DNA of 63,339 nucleotides, filler included, from Choristocarpus tenellus KU-1152 (Eukaryota; Protista; Phaeophyceae): NCBI GenBank assembly GCA_964200185.2. It is 11 parts of 11 records of this genome, joined end to end, with 100 filler letters (N's around TTAATTAATTAA, not from the genome) between each part and the next. Parts side by side here need not be neighbours in the genome. Positions count along the whole stretch, not along the records: positions 1 to 3,939 come from CAXNAD020017041.1; positions 4,040 to 7,074 come from CAXNAD020022791.1; positions 7,175 to 15,991 come from CAXNAD020004297.1; 8 more parts are not named here. One strand, written 5' to 3'. The stretch's first letter is position 1. Each line of letters opens with the position of its first letter. The notes under the pieces are model-generated. The model ran no database searches and was not told where the DNA came from. It saw nothing but the letters and a program-made list of their open reading frames with translations. A program made the position numbers and the translations under genes. Positions 1 through 12,135 of this stretch are shown one piece after another.

Positions 1-2477
1 CCCATACACCCGCATCAGCTTTTGACGATCCACCTGAGACCCGATTGGGGGGGGGGGGAGGGGGGGGGGCAAACAGGCACTTGTTTTGCATCCCCTACAC
101 CGTACCAAAGGACAAGAGCAGAGAGACCTCCACTTCTGCAACAGTTCCTCAATATCTAATCCACTTCAGGGGAGGAAGCGCACTGAATCAACAGGAACTT
201 AGGTTGAAAAAAGAAGAAAAATATGCACCCAGAATACAGGGACAAATGCAAGGCAATACTCAACTGCCTCCTCCCCCCCCCACCCCCCCACATACATAGC
301 TCTCTCTCTCTCTCTCTCTCTCTGTCTGTCTCTCTTGCCTGATCAGCCTTGTTGAGCACGCATCGAATCTTGTCATCCTGACCTTTCAGTCGTTCTATCA
401 CAGCCTTGAACTCATCACTGATGTCTAGCTTGTGCGCATCGAACAGAAGGAGGATGAGGTCCGACCTCTCCGCAAACCAGTGGCAAACATTCACAAAATC
501 GTACCCCCGGGCCACGCGCTGCTTTTCCCCAGAGAGAACGCCTGCAGAGGTCGAGCATTCCCAGAGGGGTCAAGGGGGAAGGAGAGAAGCAGGTGAGTGC
601 CGAGGATTCTGAGGCGTTGGTTGAGCAGGGGTAACAGGTGGAAAGAATAATCTAACAAGGACAGAGAGCAAGCAGTAGCTAAAAAGGGATCCTACTTCCA
701 ATGCGTGCACTCACAAAAGTCAGGCCTGGGGTGGCAAGGATGGCGTGTGTTTTCTGCTGCTCTTTATCGTTTATGAGGGAACCTAATAGTAGGCATTACA
801 ATCCAGTCCCGAATGTAAACGGGAAAGATTTGCTTTGCTCGGCATGAGCTCCTCACTTCCTCTGTGGTTCAATCTTCAATAAAACCTAAGCACAAGGTAC
901 AGTGCATCAAGCTATAGTTGTCCACTTCAACGCATGTAACGGACAGTAGGACTTGTGTCTGGATTACTTAGTTCAAACCCCGACATCAGTGCAATACACC
1001 CGGGTGCAAGACACAAGAGAGATGTTAGCACACTGCCACCAGCAGTCTCACAGAAGCACAATGAAGTTTCGACAACAGGAAATTGAAGCTCCAAAGTGTT
1101 GCATGCATTCAGCTACAACTAACGAGCACAAGACCCTCATATCACCAGAATAGTCGTCCCTGCGTATTTCTGTGCAACAAGAAATGTATGCATTAAAACG
1201 ATAAAATAGACCCTAAATAGCATCCCACATGGGACATATGTTTGGAGAGTATAGAAAAACAGAGCATTGGGGAGCATGACAACTTTACTATATTTTAATC
1301 AACTACGACAGCCAAGTGTATTAGTAATTGCCTACTTGCTGTTGGAGGACATCAAGTCTACAGCCTCTTTCATCATGACACATGCTACAACACAGTAACA
1401 AGGACGACAACACTGGACTGTAGGAAATGTCTAGCTAGGAAGGCTACCTGGGGAGTCCACAATTGTGATATTTCTGAGCACAGGGGAGGTCAGTTGGCTG
1501 GCTTCAAACTTGTTGAGGAAGGCCACGCCAAATCGGTCAAGGCCTCGGTACGGCAAATTCGGAGACACAGTGAGGGCATTGCCAGGCACAACCCTCTCAT
1601 CTGGTCCGTCCATGACGGCCACAAAGCGATCTGTTGTTGGCTCTGGGCCAATCCGTTGCCCTGGGAAGTCACGCCCCAGAAGGTATCGAATGAACTGTTG
1701 GGTGGGGAACGGGTGGATGGGTAAAGTGATTGAGTGCCTCCTCATGTTGTGAATGGGCACCAGAGAGCTCACTGAGTGAAATTGATAAACTCATTGGTCA
1801 GATTGGCTAGAGTGAGTGCGCCAAAGTAGTGGGTGCAAACACTATTGGGGTGCTTTGATATAATGCCACGATCTCACCATCCATTGTGGGATAACCAGCA
1901 GAGATTAGACGTGGAGATGGAGAAAGGGACACATCGGGTAGTAACGGTTGAGTGTGGCGCTTATCCGTGCGCTGTGGAAAGCGTACGGGGGTGGCTGGGT
2001 AACGTAACGTTAGGAGGGAAGTAAAGGATGTCTCATGTTGATAAAGATGCCACCTTTTGGACAGAACAACAATAACGGTAAAGATAGCAAAATATCGTGC
2101 GATACCCTACCAGCAGGTATCTAGCCAACGGTCGGAACCATGCAAGGTAGCACGTCAGAGCACTGTAATTCCCTACTTGAGAATTTCACTTACGCAAACA
2201 CCCCCTAAGAACCTCGGCCAAGGAACAACGGCCAGCCAGTAAACGCGTAGGCTAGATCGGGGGGGGTCCAGCAGTTACTTACCGATGTCTTTCCCGTGGA
2301 GTATTGCCCACACATGAGCACTTGAGGTTTGCTGTCGAACTCCGAGTCTGTGAGGGGTGGACTGTGAAACCACTCGAAGAGGTAGGTCTGTTCAAGGGGC
2401 TTGAGCTTCTTGTGGTAGAGTTTCTTTAGACCGTCAATGACCGATTTCGTAGCATCGTCTTGATCTGCCATAGACAT
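1..2477 (-). CDS. EHD1: EH-domain-containing dynamin-like ATPase (EHD/RME-1 family), 5' part; exons 2477-2283, 1694-1448, 541-339, 33-<1
   Basis: The spliced translation has the P-loop GQYSTGKTS, then FIRYLLGRDFPGQRIGPEPTTDRF, IVDSPGVLSGEKQR, RGYDF, LLLFDAHKLDISDEF and VLNKADQ|VDRQKLMRVYG. Exon phases are consistent; intron 3 is GC-AG. Confidence 0.95.
300..335. repeat. (CT)n microsatellite in EHD intron
   Basis: Directly visible ctctct... tract. Confidence 0.9.
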
Positions 2478-3287
2478 GGTTTAATGAGATACGACCGTGG
2501 ATGATGGATGATGAGGCACTTGCAGTGGAGGCCACCAACACTGGCACAGAGAATGGTGGAGTGTAAGACCCAGAGAGAGACCAGAGGGAGACACACACCA
2601 CACCACACAAGTTTCCTTGCGCGGGAGATTCAGCCAGAAGATTTACACAGTCCCAAGCTCGAGCAAGCTTGGTCTGAAGATCTGGGTCAACGTTTAGTGT
2701 GACTAATGTGTACCTTCACGTTGTTACAAGTCCAGATCAAGAAAGTAAGATGTCCCACAGCTCCAGGGCCCTCGGCTCCAATCCCACCGCTTCAGAGCTC
2801 CAGAGTGGCTCTAAACTCCATATTCATCATTCTACACTATAATCCATATACACCTATATAAAAGATGAGAAAAAAAAACCAAAACATATATCTCGACTCT
2901 TATTTTATATATGAGTGCATTTCTCTTAAACCGACGGATCATGATAAGAGAAACCTGTTATATAAGAGTACTCGTAGGCACTTTATACTTTTACCTCTGA
3001 ACGATGACAGAGCGACGCCCTTCCTATATGTGCTTCCTATGTGCCTTAAAGAGTAGCTACATATAGATATGTATTGAACATTGCCCTCGGTGATCCCATT
3101 TCGACGAAGCTGTGGTGGTGCAGCAAGCACCACATCTACACCCCTCCTACACAGTATATTACAGGCATTACAGTACGACAGAAACGCGCCCAGAATTTCT
3201 AAAAGTTCAATCATTATCCTCATCAGCAGAACAGTGGAGAAAGACAATTCAATCACGATCACAATCAACCTACTTTCATCCAGAGTT

Positions 3288-3506
3288 TCAATCCACGCGC
3301 TGGTGCGCCTCGACATGTTTAGCACCCTTCGTAGACTTGGCGTCACGCTTCTGCGTCTGTGTTTTCTCCATGATGGTTGTTGCCTCCTTCAACTTGTAGA
3401 GGATGCCGTGACCGATTCCAAACTTTTGAGCAACCGCAGTTCCCGTCATGGTCTTCAGGAGTGACAACGCTCCCACATTCTCTGCAAAGCTCAAGCGTTA
3501 ACGATT
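3288..3506 (-). pseudogene. Degenerate CENP-B/pogo-like transposase N-terminal HTH relic
   Basis: NR*RLSFAENVGALSLL...AVAQKFGIG...LYKLK resembles the KRKRLSL-EK...VA-KFGI HTH of pogo/Tigger transposases; in-frame stops are present. Confidence 0.45.
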
Positions 3507-3875
3507 GTCAGCACCACAAGGCTTGTAGGATGCGAATTTCTTCTAAGATTTATTTGGCAGAACCTTCCCCTTGCCCTTGTTCTTATTATTGTGGCGCTTT
3601 GACGCCCTGTTCTCACTGGCTAGAGGACTTGAAGCGTTGCGCTTGCTTGGTAGGGCTCACGCACAATTTGCACATTCGTTTCATTTCGCTGGCCCACAAA
3701 ACGATTCACGACATTGCAAATGCCATGAAGATAGCCACTACAAACGCGACCGTTATGGCATGTATACCGTGGCGGGCCAGGATTATTACCCTGTATATTT
3801 TTATTATTATGCCCTCTGACATATGTTGATGGGCAGATAAGGACGACAGTAGTACAATATTTGATAGTGGTGAAG

Positions 3876-3939
3876 TGTGAATCGTGTGATTCTGTGGCGG
3901 CGTGGTTCACTCACGCAAGGGTGGCGCAGAGAATCACCG
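3876..3939 (-). mobile_element. LTR end (same repeat as 16092-16164 and 24943-25016), truncated by gap
   Basis: tgtgaatcgtgtgattctgtggc...gaatcaccg is the reverse complement of the other two copies, which end in ...GATTCACA. Confidence 0.65.
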
Positions 3940-4039
3940 NNNNNNNNNNNNNNNNNNNNNNNNNNNNNNNNNNNNNNNNNNNNTTAATTAATTAANNNNN
4001 NNNNNNNNNNNNNNNNNNNNNNNNNNNNNNNNNNNNNNN
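3940..4039. other. Artificial contig linker N44-TTAATTAATTAA-N44 (also 7075-7174, 15992-16091, 21096-21195, 24843-24942, 27648-27747, 41990-42089, 45217-45316, 53473-53572, 57196-57295)
   Basis: Ten identical 100-nt spacers whose core gives stop codons in all six frames. Confidence 0.98.
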
Positions 4040-4166
4040 CAAACCGCCTCAATACAACTGCAAAACAACACTCTCCCTTCAGGGGAAAGAAACATTAAAC
4101 ATCACAAATTTAAAATCCCCCCCCCCCACAAATGAAAAATACAAACAAATCCCGCCCCTTTCACAC

Positions 4167-6356
4167 CTGTCGGAATGTCTGTGCTCCTCCCAACTGCGTC
4201 AACACATTGAGCAGCGGCTCCATAAACGCCTCAAACATTGGAATCATGTCTTCAGAAGTAGCAAAGATCAACCTTGCTAGTGTCAAGTGAAACACTGTCC
4301 GCTGCCGAGAGTTTGATGTAGCTCCCTGATAAACACACAATAAACACACATGATAAACACACAATAAACATGCAAACACACACACACACACACACATGAT
4401 AAACACACAATAAACATGCAAACACAAACACACACACACATGGCAACAGTCAATCACCAGCAATTGGATATTGCATCCACAACACAAGAAATAGTGATGG
4501 TCACACACATAGACAACAACCAGCACGTTGCCATCCAAAAAGCAACTACTGCAACGAGCATGTAGTACCTCTTACAGCAACATTCCACACTAACCCTAAC
4601 CCTAATGCTAACACCAACCCTAACCCTAAGGCCTTCAACTCCAACTCTCACCCTTCACAGCAATATCCACACCAACACCACTCAACTTTCACACTCTTCA
4701 ACCAAAACCTACCACGTTCTAGCGTTCCATGAATGTGTGCAGGTACTGTACTCAGTACACAGAGTCCACATTGTGACTTTGGCACTATAAATTACTTTCA
4801 CAACACTCAATCACCTGATCCAGGCAACCCTTCCCTCAAACTTGGGTATGGTACTACAATTATGATATTCCCAAGAGGCTTTGATCAGCCATGGACTATT
4901 AAACTAATAAAAATACAAAAAGGTCTCGACAGTTTCACCAAAGACTCAAAAAATAAAAAAGAGAAACTCTACGCACCATCAACACATGAAATAAACAAGT
5001 CAATACAGTAGCGGAAAAGACGCATCAAACCAACACAATCAACTTTATTATTATTAGTATTATTATTATTATCAACATTTAATAAAAAACTACCAAGAAG
5101 CAACCTCTCCCAGTCTTCAAATCAAAACGAATTGCCAAGCCAGCCCTCTCTCTACCCCCTTCAAAGTCAAACCCTAACCCTATCGAATCTTTCAATCATA
5201 TCCCTGCAAAAAAAGCCTGACCAAGAATGGGAAGAACTCCTCCGTATGGTTCCTCATGAGGAACTTGACAGTATCCAGTCCCAACAGCATCTTCGAAGAA
5301 CTGTACCCAGACGCCATGTCCAGAAAGAGACTGAGAGTCCTTGACACCACCTCATGGTCATTTGGCCAGTACTTGAGGTTGTTCCCAATCTGCCACCAGT
5401 ACAGACAGCGAAGGGTGCCGCCACCAACACCATCATCACAATATCACATCATCACAATAAAACTTCAGCGTGAGCAACCAGGTAACAGGCCATGGCCATG
5501 GGAGAGGTCTAACACAGGAGGGTGCAGAACCATGTCATGTCTAGGTACCATAACATATCACTATTGTCACGAAAAAATAGTTGGTACTACCTACTAGGTA
5601 AAACTAGTAAGATAGGCAATAGATACAATTAATAGATATTATCAATGGATATTATCAATAGAATTAGATGCGACTGAATGTATCGCCTGACCAAGAACGA
5701 ACACACTGAGGTAGTACCCTTAAACGTCACAATGAGGTACTACATTAATCCTGTTGGTTCTGTACCTAGTCATTACAATGATACAAGTACTTAACACTCA
5801 AGAATCACAATACTAACAAGGTTTAACACTCAACAGTCACAAGGTCCAGTACACTGCCCTTCCAATAGATTTGTGGCAAACAACTGCTCAACTATTAATA
5901 CCTTTTCAACCCTTTAAACCAATATACAAACACACTTCAGCTCAAAAAAAAAGCCCAAAACTACCAATGCTACAAGATTAACAATCACACCTTAAAGTAC
6001 ATACATGGATAGATCTACACTATTACATTATTAAATTAATATTGTATTAATGAATATACTTCAAACAAAAGCATATACATGGAAAGATAAACAATGTAAC
6101 ACTATATTATTATTATTTTTCAAATATGTACCAAAAAAGGTAAACCCCAAAACATAGACCTCACCTTAGTGACGATCACATTGATGATGGTAGGGTGGTC
6201 CCCCATACCAATGTGCTCAAAGAACCTTGCAAACACCTTCTGCTTGAGGGAGGGTGTGTACTCCTGCTTGGGCATCCCACCCACCAACATTATCCCCGTC
6301 AGAGCTGCTGCTGCACTCATACCATGCTGCTCCCACATGTACATCTTCCGGAACAC
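4167..6356 (-). CDS. XPO7: Exportin-7/RanBP16-17 family, three internal exons (6356-6165, 5389-5222, 4325-4167)
   Basis: IVTK|IGNNLKYWP...RTLSLFLDMASGYSSSKMLLGLDTVKFLMRNHTEEFFPFL|GATSNSRQRTVFHLTLARLIF...FEAFMEPL matches the XPO7 pattern (NLKYW, L..GYSS, NHTSEHF, RTTFY..L.RL). All GT-AG, phase 0. Confidence 0.9.
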
Positions 6357-7174
6357 CTATACTCCACAACAACCATCAACCATGACACAAGATGTGTGTA
6401 CGTATTTGGGGGGAGGGGGCAGTCAAGGGCCATAAATAGCAGCTTTAGTGATGAGGGGTGATACCTTGTAGTATATAGTTTAAGAAAATCTTGCAGCATA
6501 TACTAATAGCTTCTTGTCAACCACACAAGAGCAGAACTTGATTATTTGGAGTACTGTGTATCCATGACCATCTCCTACTCAGGAAATATATATGCAGCAA
6601 CCACTTTCATATATAGATACAACAATTATTTTCACTATTAGAATAGTATTACTATTGTTATTAATAGTGATGTGCATTAAAACAATAACATAGCGCCAAT
6701 ACCCCAAGTACCAGTGATACTCTACTTCATCCAATTATAACATACATAATGCAGTCTTACCTTCATATGTGTTTACTATTCCAGCATTACTACCCACCAT
6801 ACTACAATAACAACAATAATAATAATAATAATAATAAATAACAACAATAGTGAGAAAGAAAAGAAAACCACACAATTCCATAGACAAGCTCTATGACATA
6901 AAATACAAAGACATCTAGCACCAGACAATTCAAGTTTTAAAGAAGAAAAGATTCACACGCACTTTAGCCTTCACAGCCAGCCTCCCCCCCTCCCCCCAGC
7001 CATCTTCTCAAGACCGTGTCATACCCACATCTCTACCAATGCACCACCACAGGACAACGAAAAAAGTAAAAAAANNNNNNNNNNNNNNNNNNNNNNNNNN
7101 NNNNNNNNNNNNNNNNNNTTAATTAATTAANNNNNNNNNNNNNNNNNNNNNNNNNNNNNNNNNNNNNNNNNNNN

Positions 7175-7366
7175 ATGTAATTTTTGCTATCGTTTTTGTT
7201 AGGAAGTGTCAAAATCCTTGTTGCGGACACACCTTTTCATAACGTGCACATTTTACCTACTCCGAAATATTTTGGAGTAGGAAAATGTCAGAAAAAAACC
7301 CTTTGGAAGTCAATCCCCAAACGGACAAACAGGGCAAAACTCGTGCCCTCTAAGATACTTTCAGTC
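7175..7366 (-). mobile_element. MITE family A, partial copy (cut by gap)
   Basis: Ends in the TIR ccctctaagatactttcagtc; the body matches 54208-54465. Confidence 0.85.
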
Positions 7367-7411
7367 TAGACTATGTGTATTCGATGTTCTTCCTTGATAC
7401 ACTTAAAGGAT

Positions 7412-7870
7412 GAAATGCATGCTCTGAGAAGAGGCTTGTTACCTCGGCGGATAAGGTTTTCTGTGGATATTTTGACTCTGTATATATGGCATCCAGGTGT
7501 GCATCAGGTACTCTTATCGCAGAGTGAGGATGATGAATAATGAGAAGGCAATGCAAGTCAAGAAAAGGTAATAATTAGCACATGGTATGCAACAGACAAC
7601 GTTTTCTGTAGAACAAACAAGGAGACAAATTAGAATCAATGTCTGAGGAACAATGTCTGAGGAACTGATGTGACACATAGTGTGCCTGTATCTGTGATAT
7701 GAAGCGACTGTTCTGATACTTCCTATGTACTGTGATGTTCTGAAGGTGTTTGATGAGGAGGTGATGAGACAAGCGAGAATAGCGACCATTACAAAGGGCA
7801 AGTCAACATTCAGTATGGGCTGACGATACTGTATCGTATCAAAACAAATAAAATGAGTAGCCTATGTTTT
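7412..7870. repeat. Dispersed repeat, homologous to 28867-29341
   Basis: Shared blocks in the same order: gaaatgcatgctctg, atacttcctatgtactgtg, tcaacattcagtatg, gatactgtatcgtatc, gagtagcctatgttt. Confidence 0.75.
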
Positions 7871-8965
7871 TCACACACTCAGCACTGTCCTTCTTTTGAT
7901 AACCGTGCCTTTCCACCGCTGTGGTGCGTTGTCCGACCCCCACACAGCACATACGTTTTGTACAGAACCTGCACAAGAAGGGGGTCCTCACCAAGTCCCA
8001 GAATCCGGAGTTCTATAAGATGATCTTCTCAGTAGGCCCCCCAAGCCTTTTGACTGCCAAAGGATGTATGGTGTGCTTCACCTCCCCTGTTGTAGTCTCA
8101 TGGGCGCGAGTGGCATGTAAGGAGGCAACGGTTCGGGGAAGATCGTGATAGTGGGGTCGAAGTTGGCCGATTTGGCATTCGTTAAGGACCGCAAATGGCC
8201 CATCCATCGCTCAAGAATAGGTCGTGTTTCTGGCAGGTTGTGAGTAGTAGGAGTAGGGAATCGAGGAGGACGGTGGAAGGTAGTACACATTCGGGCGAAC
8301 AGGGGTGATGATGAAGAGGTTAACACGCTTCGCTTGCACCGAAAAGATCAGGGGTTCAAATCCCCCTCGCTCCAATGACTCTCGGTGTCCAATCCTAGTA
8401 TAACAGACCTTTTCAACAGAGATCCTTGGGTTCAAACTGACTCACACCACTCAATGTCAGATTGCTGTTGAGGGAGATTTGAAATTTGAGACTTGAAATT
8501 TTATTCCCGTTATTTTTCTTTGTTTTCTTCACTTTAGTTTGGCGACTATTGTATCCCGTTTTGTGATCAGATGCACTACACACTGCACTACACTTCCCAT
8601 ACTATCATTAACAACTGCCGTTTGTAACTGTAACAGTTGTACTGTCCACGTGCGTTGAGCTTGCAGCACTCTCACCCCTATCGTCCCTCTATCTCCTCCC
8701 TCGAATCTTGGGTTGAACTCGCCTCGACATCGCCACCTCGATATTGGTGCGGCGTTCTCGTGGTACAGAGACAGAGAGGATGGTTCACTGGTGGTGTGCA
8801 AACCGTTTGGATAGTCACTGAGAATTGGATATTGCAACGGAAAACTAGATTTCAGTGAAAAACGAGTCTGGCGTGGATGGGGTTCGAAGCATTGAAATTC
8901 ATTGAGGAAGGAAGAGTTTATATCCTACACCACCAGGAGTCAGAAGAATGTCCAACAAAACGTGA

Positions 8966-9038
8966 TGGAGAATGTGGGTATCGATCCCACTACTTCTTCC
9001 ATGCTAAGAAAGCGCTCTACCATTTGCGCTAATCCCCC
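8966..9038 (-). tRNA. tRNA-Ala(AGC)
   Basis: The reverse complement folds as a cloverleaf: acceptor GGGGGAT/ATTCTCC with G3:U70, anticodon arm CTTTC-TTAGCAT-GGAAG, T arm GTGGG-ATCGATA-CCCAC, discriminator A, and a TTTT terminator a few nt downstream. One D-stem mismatch. Confidence 0.88.
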
Positions 9039-9420
9039 AATTGAAGTACACGTACATGTACCACCCATCCACCAACATGAATACCCTTCTCCCCTCACCT
9101 CCCACCCCCTTGTCACTAAACCACAAAGAAAAGAAGCAGAAAACCTGAATCACGCCGTGAAGGTTTATTGTCTCAGGACGAGAAACTCTCACTTCTAGCA
9201 CTGTTTTTCATTAATATTATGACTGTAATGAAGTTGGTACGTGTTTTGAACGTGAATATTATTGTTGCCAACATTACTGTGATACTATACTATTCGTTCA
9301 TAACTCTTACCAATATTACTATGAAATTGCATGACATACTCACAACAATCAACAATGTGATATTGAAGAAAATAAAGATGGTACATTGACATCACCACTT
9401 GCTACCTTTTACTTGCTACT

Positions 9421-9600
9421 GACTAAAAGTATCTCGGGGGGGGAGGGGGGTCTACACCGGGGTGTCTATTTCGTTCAAAATCAGGGAAGGTACATTTACA
9501 ATATCCATCAGACATATGCAACCATATCACCCAAAAATTGTGACATTAATAAATTGACCCCAAATGGACTGCCGCCATCCCCCCTCAGATACTTTGGACC
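9421..9600. mobile_element. MITE family B copy (G-tract TIR variant)
   Basis: gactaaaagtatctcggggg ... cccctcagatactttggacc inverted ends; flanked by tact/tact. Confidence 0.7.
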
Positions 9601-12135
9601 TACTGTCACATCATTATGCAATTTTACTACTAAAATGCTTACTGATTTTTTGTTTTTTATGCTTGTCAACAGCACTTGACATCACATCTAACTTGGCTAT
9701 TGTTACTTCAAGTTTCATCCTCTGTTTCTCACGGACAATGAATGATGATATCGTGTGTCGACAATCTCGGCAAAGTCGGCAACATAGATTAACTATCCAT
9801 ACACTATCACAAGTGGGATCTAACACCTTCCTATATTTTTGATCTACCCATAGTAAAACTGAAAAATGATGATGAGTGGTACATACCCTACACTTCCTGG
9901 ACAAGGTTAATCCACTGCACAGTTGGTCGTGATATTATTTTTGAAATATATGCAACAGCCCATTCTGCATTGATGACAGGGAGAATATTGTAATAATGAC
10001 TACAACTGCATAATCAATAAATAAAGAGCATCTAACACTATAAAGTGATAACTCGATGGTAAAATGATTATGATAATGCATCTATTACCACCGTTTTTGT
10101 TCTACTCCTGAGCAAGCAGAGTCATCCTGACATGGAAAGTGCAAAATCAATTTGTCTTTTTCTTCATCTTGTGTCGGAATCAATTGCGTGCAGTAACGAT
10201 TTTTTAATTTATGTTATTATTGCGTACTCCGATGTATATATTAAAACATACATACGTTGACCTTCAAAACTGGTCACTTGCCACAACAGTTCGAAGGATT
10301 TCTTTTACTCACCTTATATGGTACGTGGATGATCCAGCCAAACCAAGCACACACAACACAACACTAAGGCTTTTCTTTGTACACTCTTCCTGTACTACAT
10401 CAAAAAGAATGAAAATTACAGTTCTTTTGCAAACACACATGTTCTCTAGAATTACCTTTAGCTACTACTATTTGTGTGTTCCAAAGAATGCATCAAGGTC
10501 GCTAGCTTCAGGTACATAATGAGTCAACACACCTACCTCATATTCAAGTCATGGAGGCACAAGACCTTGTATCACCTGTATCAAACACACAAGTGGTGGT
10601 CGTAGGAGCCATAGTCACAGACTATGCTCTTTCCGTCCTTGCCCCCCACATCCCCTCTAATTGTGCTGTTCCCTTCTACTTCCTGCATGTTTAACGTTCC
10701 CGAAATTTGCGTCTCAGTATCCCTCCATTATTAAAATCTACAAATTTCCACACACAGGCACTTGTGTGCTAAGCACAAAAGGATCTAATGTAGAAAGCTG
10801 TACCGTTCAACTATCACACCTCTCGATGATACACAAATTGAAGGTACAACTATCACAGAAGACAATCAAGGGCACTACTGGTTGTCAATCTTCCTAGAGT
10901 TGAAAATTTGCACCCGATTTTATCAAGAACACATCTTCAATACTTCAGTATCCCTTCCGTTAGGGAGCCAGTTTAGCATTTTGAATTGAATACCTTACAA
11001 ATCAATTGTAGAATACAATAAAGATACTTTTACGCGAGATGTACTGTGTTAAGTACTTGTATATATTTAATGTCCAAAAAGGTACAAGAGCACAAAAAAG
11101 GGGTTAGGTGTCGTTTGTGTTGAACACCACAGTCTTCCTGTTCTGTGATGAGAAATGAGCAGAAAGTGGAAAAGGACTAATCCCCACACTAACAATGTAG
11201 GTAACAGTTTCAGATGACCGTAGTGAGTTTTTGACTTCCAACTCTTGACATTTTTTTTTTTTCTGGTTTAAGATCATGGAGAACATAGCCTAGCTCTCTG
11301 CAATTTCATTATTATTGGACTTGGTGAAGAGAGTTTTCTGATAAACTACGGACCTTGACACTGGCATGTCTACAACAACCAGGGAAATTTCCACACAGCA
11401 GCATCAATTCCGTAGAATGAAACTATAGATTTGTGAGACTAGAGCAAAAACAAGGCCATTGTGTGGAAACAAGGAAATCAGTAAACCTTCAATGAGGCGA
11501 CATCTCTCTGATTTCCGCTTCTCATAAAATCATGATCAAAGATTTATTCAAAATATCAAATTGAAAGTTACGTTGACATCAACCTCTCAAAACAATGTGT
11601 GATGTAAGTAAAATTAAAATTCTACTTCATTTACCTGAGAAACTTGAAAATATAATCTCCACCTCGCATTTTTACTCTCTGAACAGATTTCCCAAACCCT
11701 TTCAATAAAAGGCAAATTGAGGTAAATCTAAGAGATTTAAGACAAATGCAAGGAAGACAAGAGTAGATGCAATACCAGATACCAGATGGAGTTGCCCTCT
11801 GTGTTTTGTTCGACCAATTATTATTATTATTCGGATAGGATTGTTGGCTGCAACCCCAGGCTGTTACTCCCTTGAACATGCTATAGGATCTCACACCGCA
11901 CACCTCTCAGTCATTTTTCATCTGCTGAACAGGGAACGCTGCAACCTTTGTTCCCTATCATACCCCACTCCGCATCAATCACAAACTCTAATGGGAACAT
12001 GATGAATGACAGACTGAATGAAGGGCTGGAGTTGGGCACAGTAGTGGAAGCAGTCAAGAGGCACACTAAGCACTGAACTAACACTCAAAGGAAAAATAGA
12101 CTGGCATCAACAGGGCCCCAGCTAGAGTGGCCTTA

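Noticed and set aside
3940-4039. Recurring TTAATTAATTAA between N runs, resembling a spaced repeat
   Set aside because: Artificial six-frame-stop linker. It also means gene order across gaps cannot be read as a cluster; for example, the XPO7 exons have no continuation on neighbouring contigs.
4591-4629. Short TAACCC telomere-like tracts (also ~5170, ~13062, ~48994, ~61838)
   Set aside because: Only 2-3 units each, mostly intronic; not a telomere.
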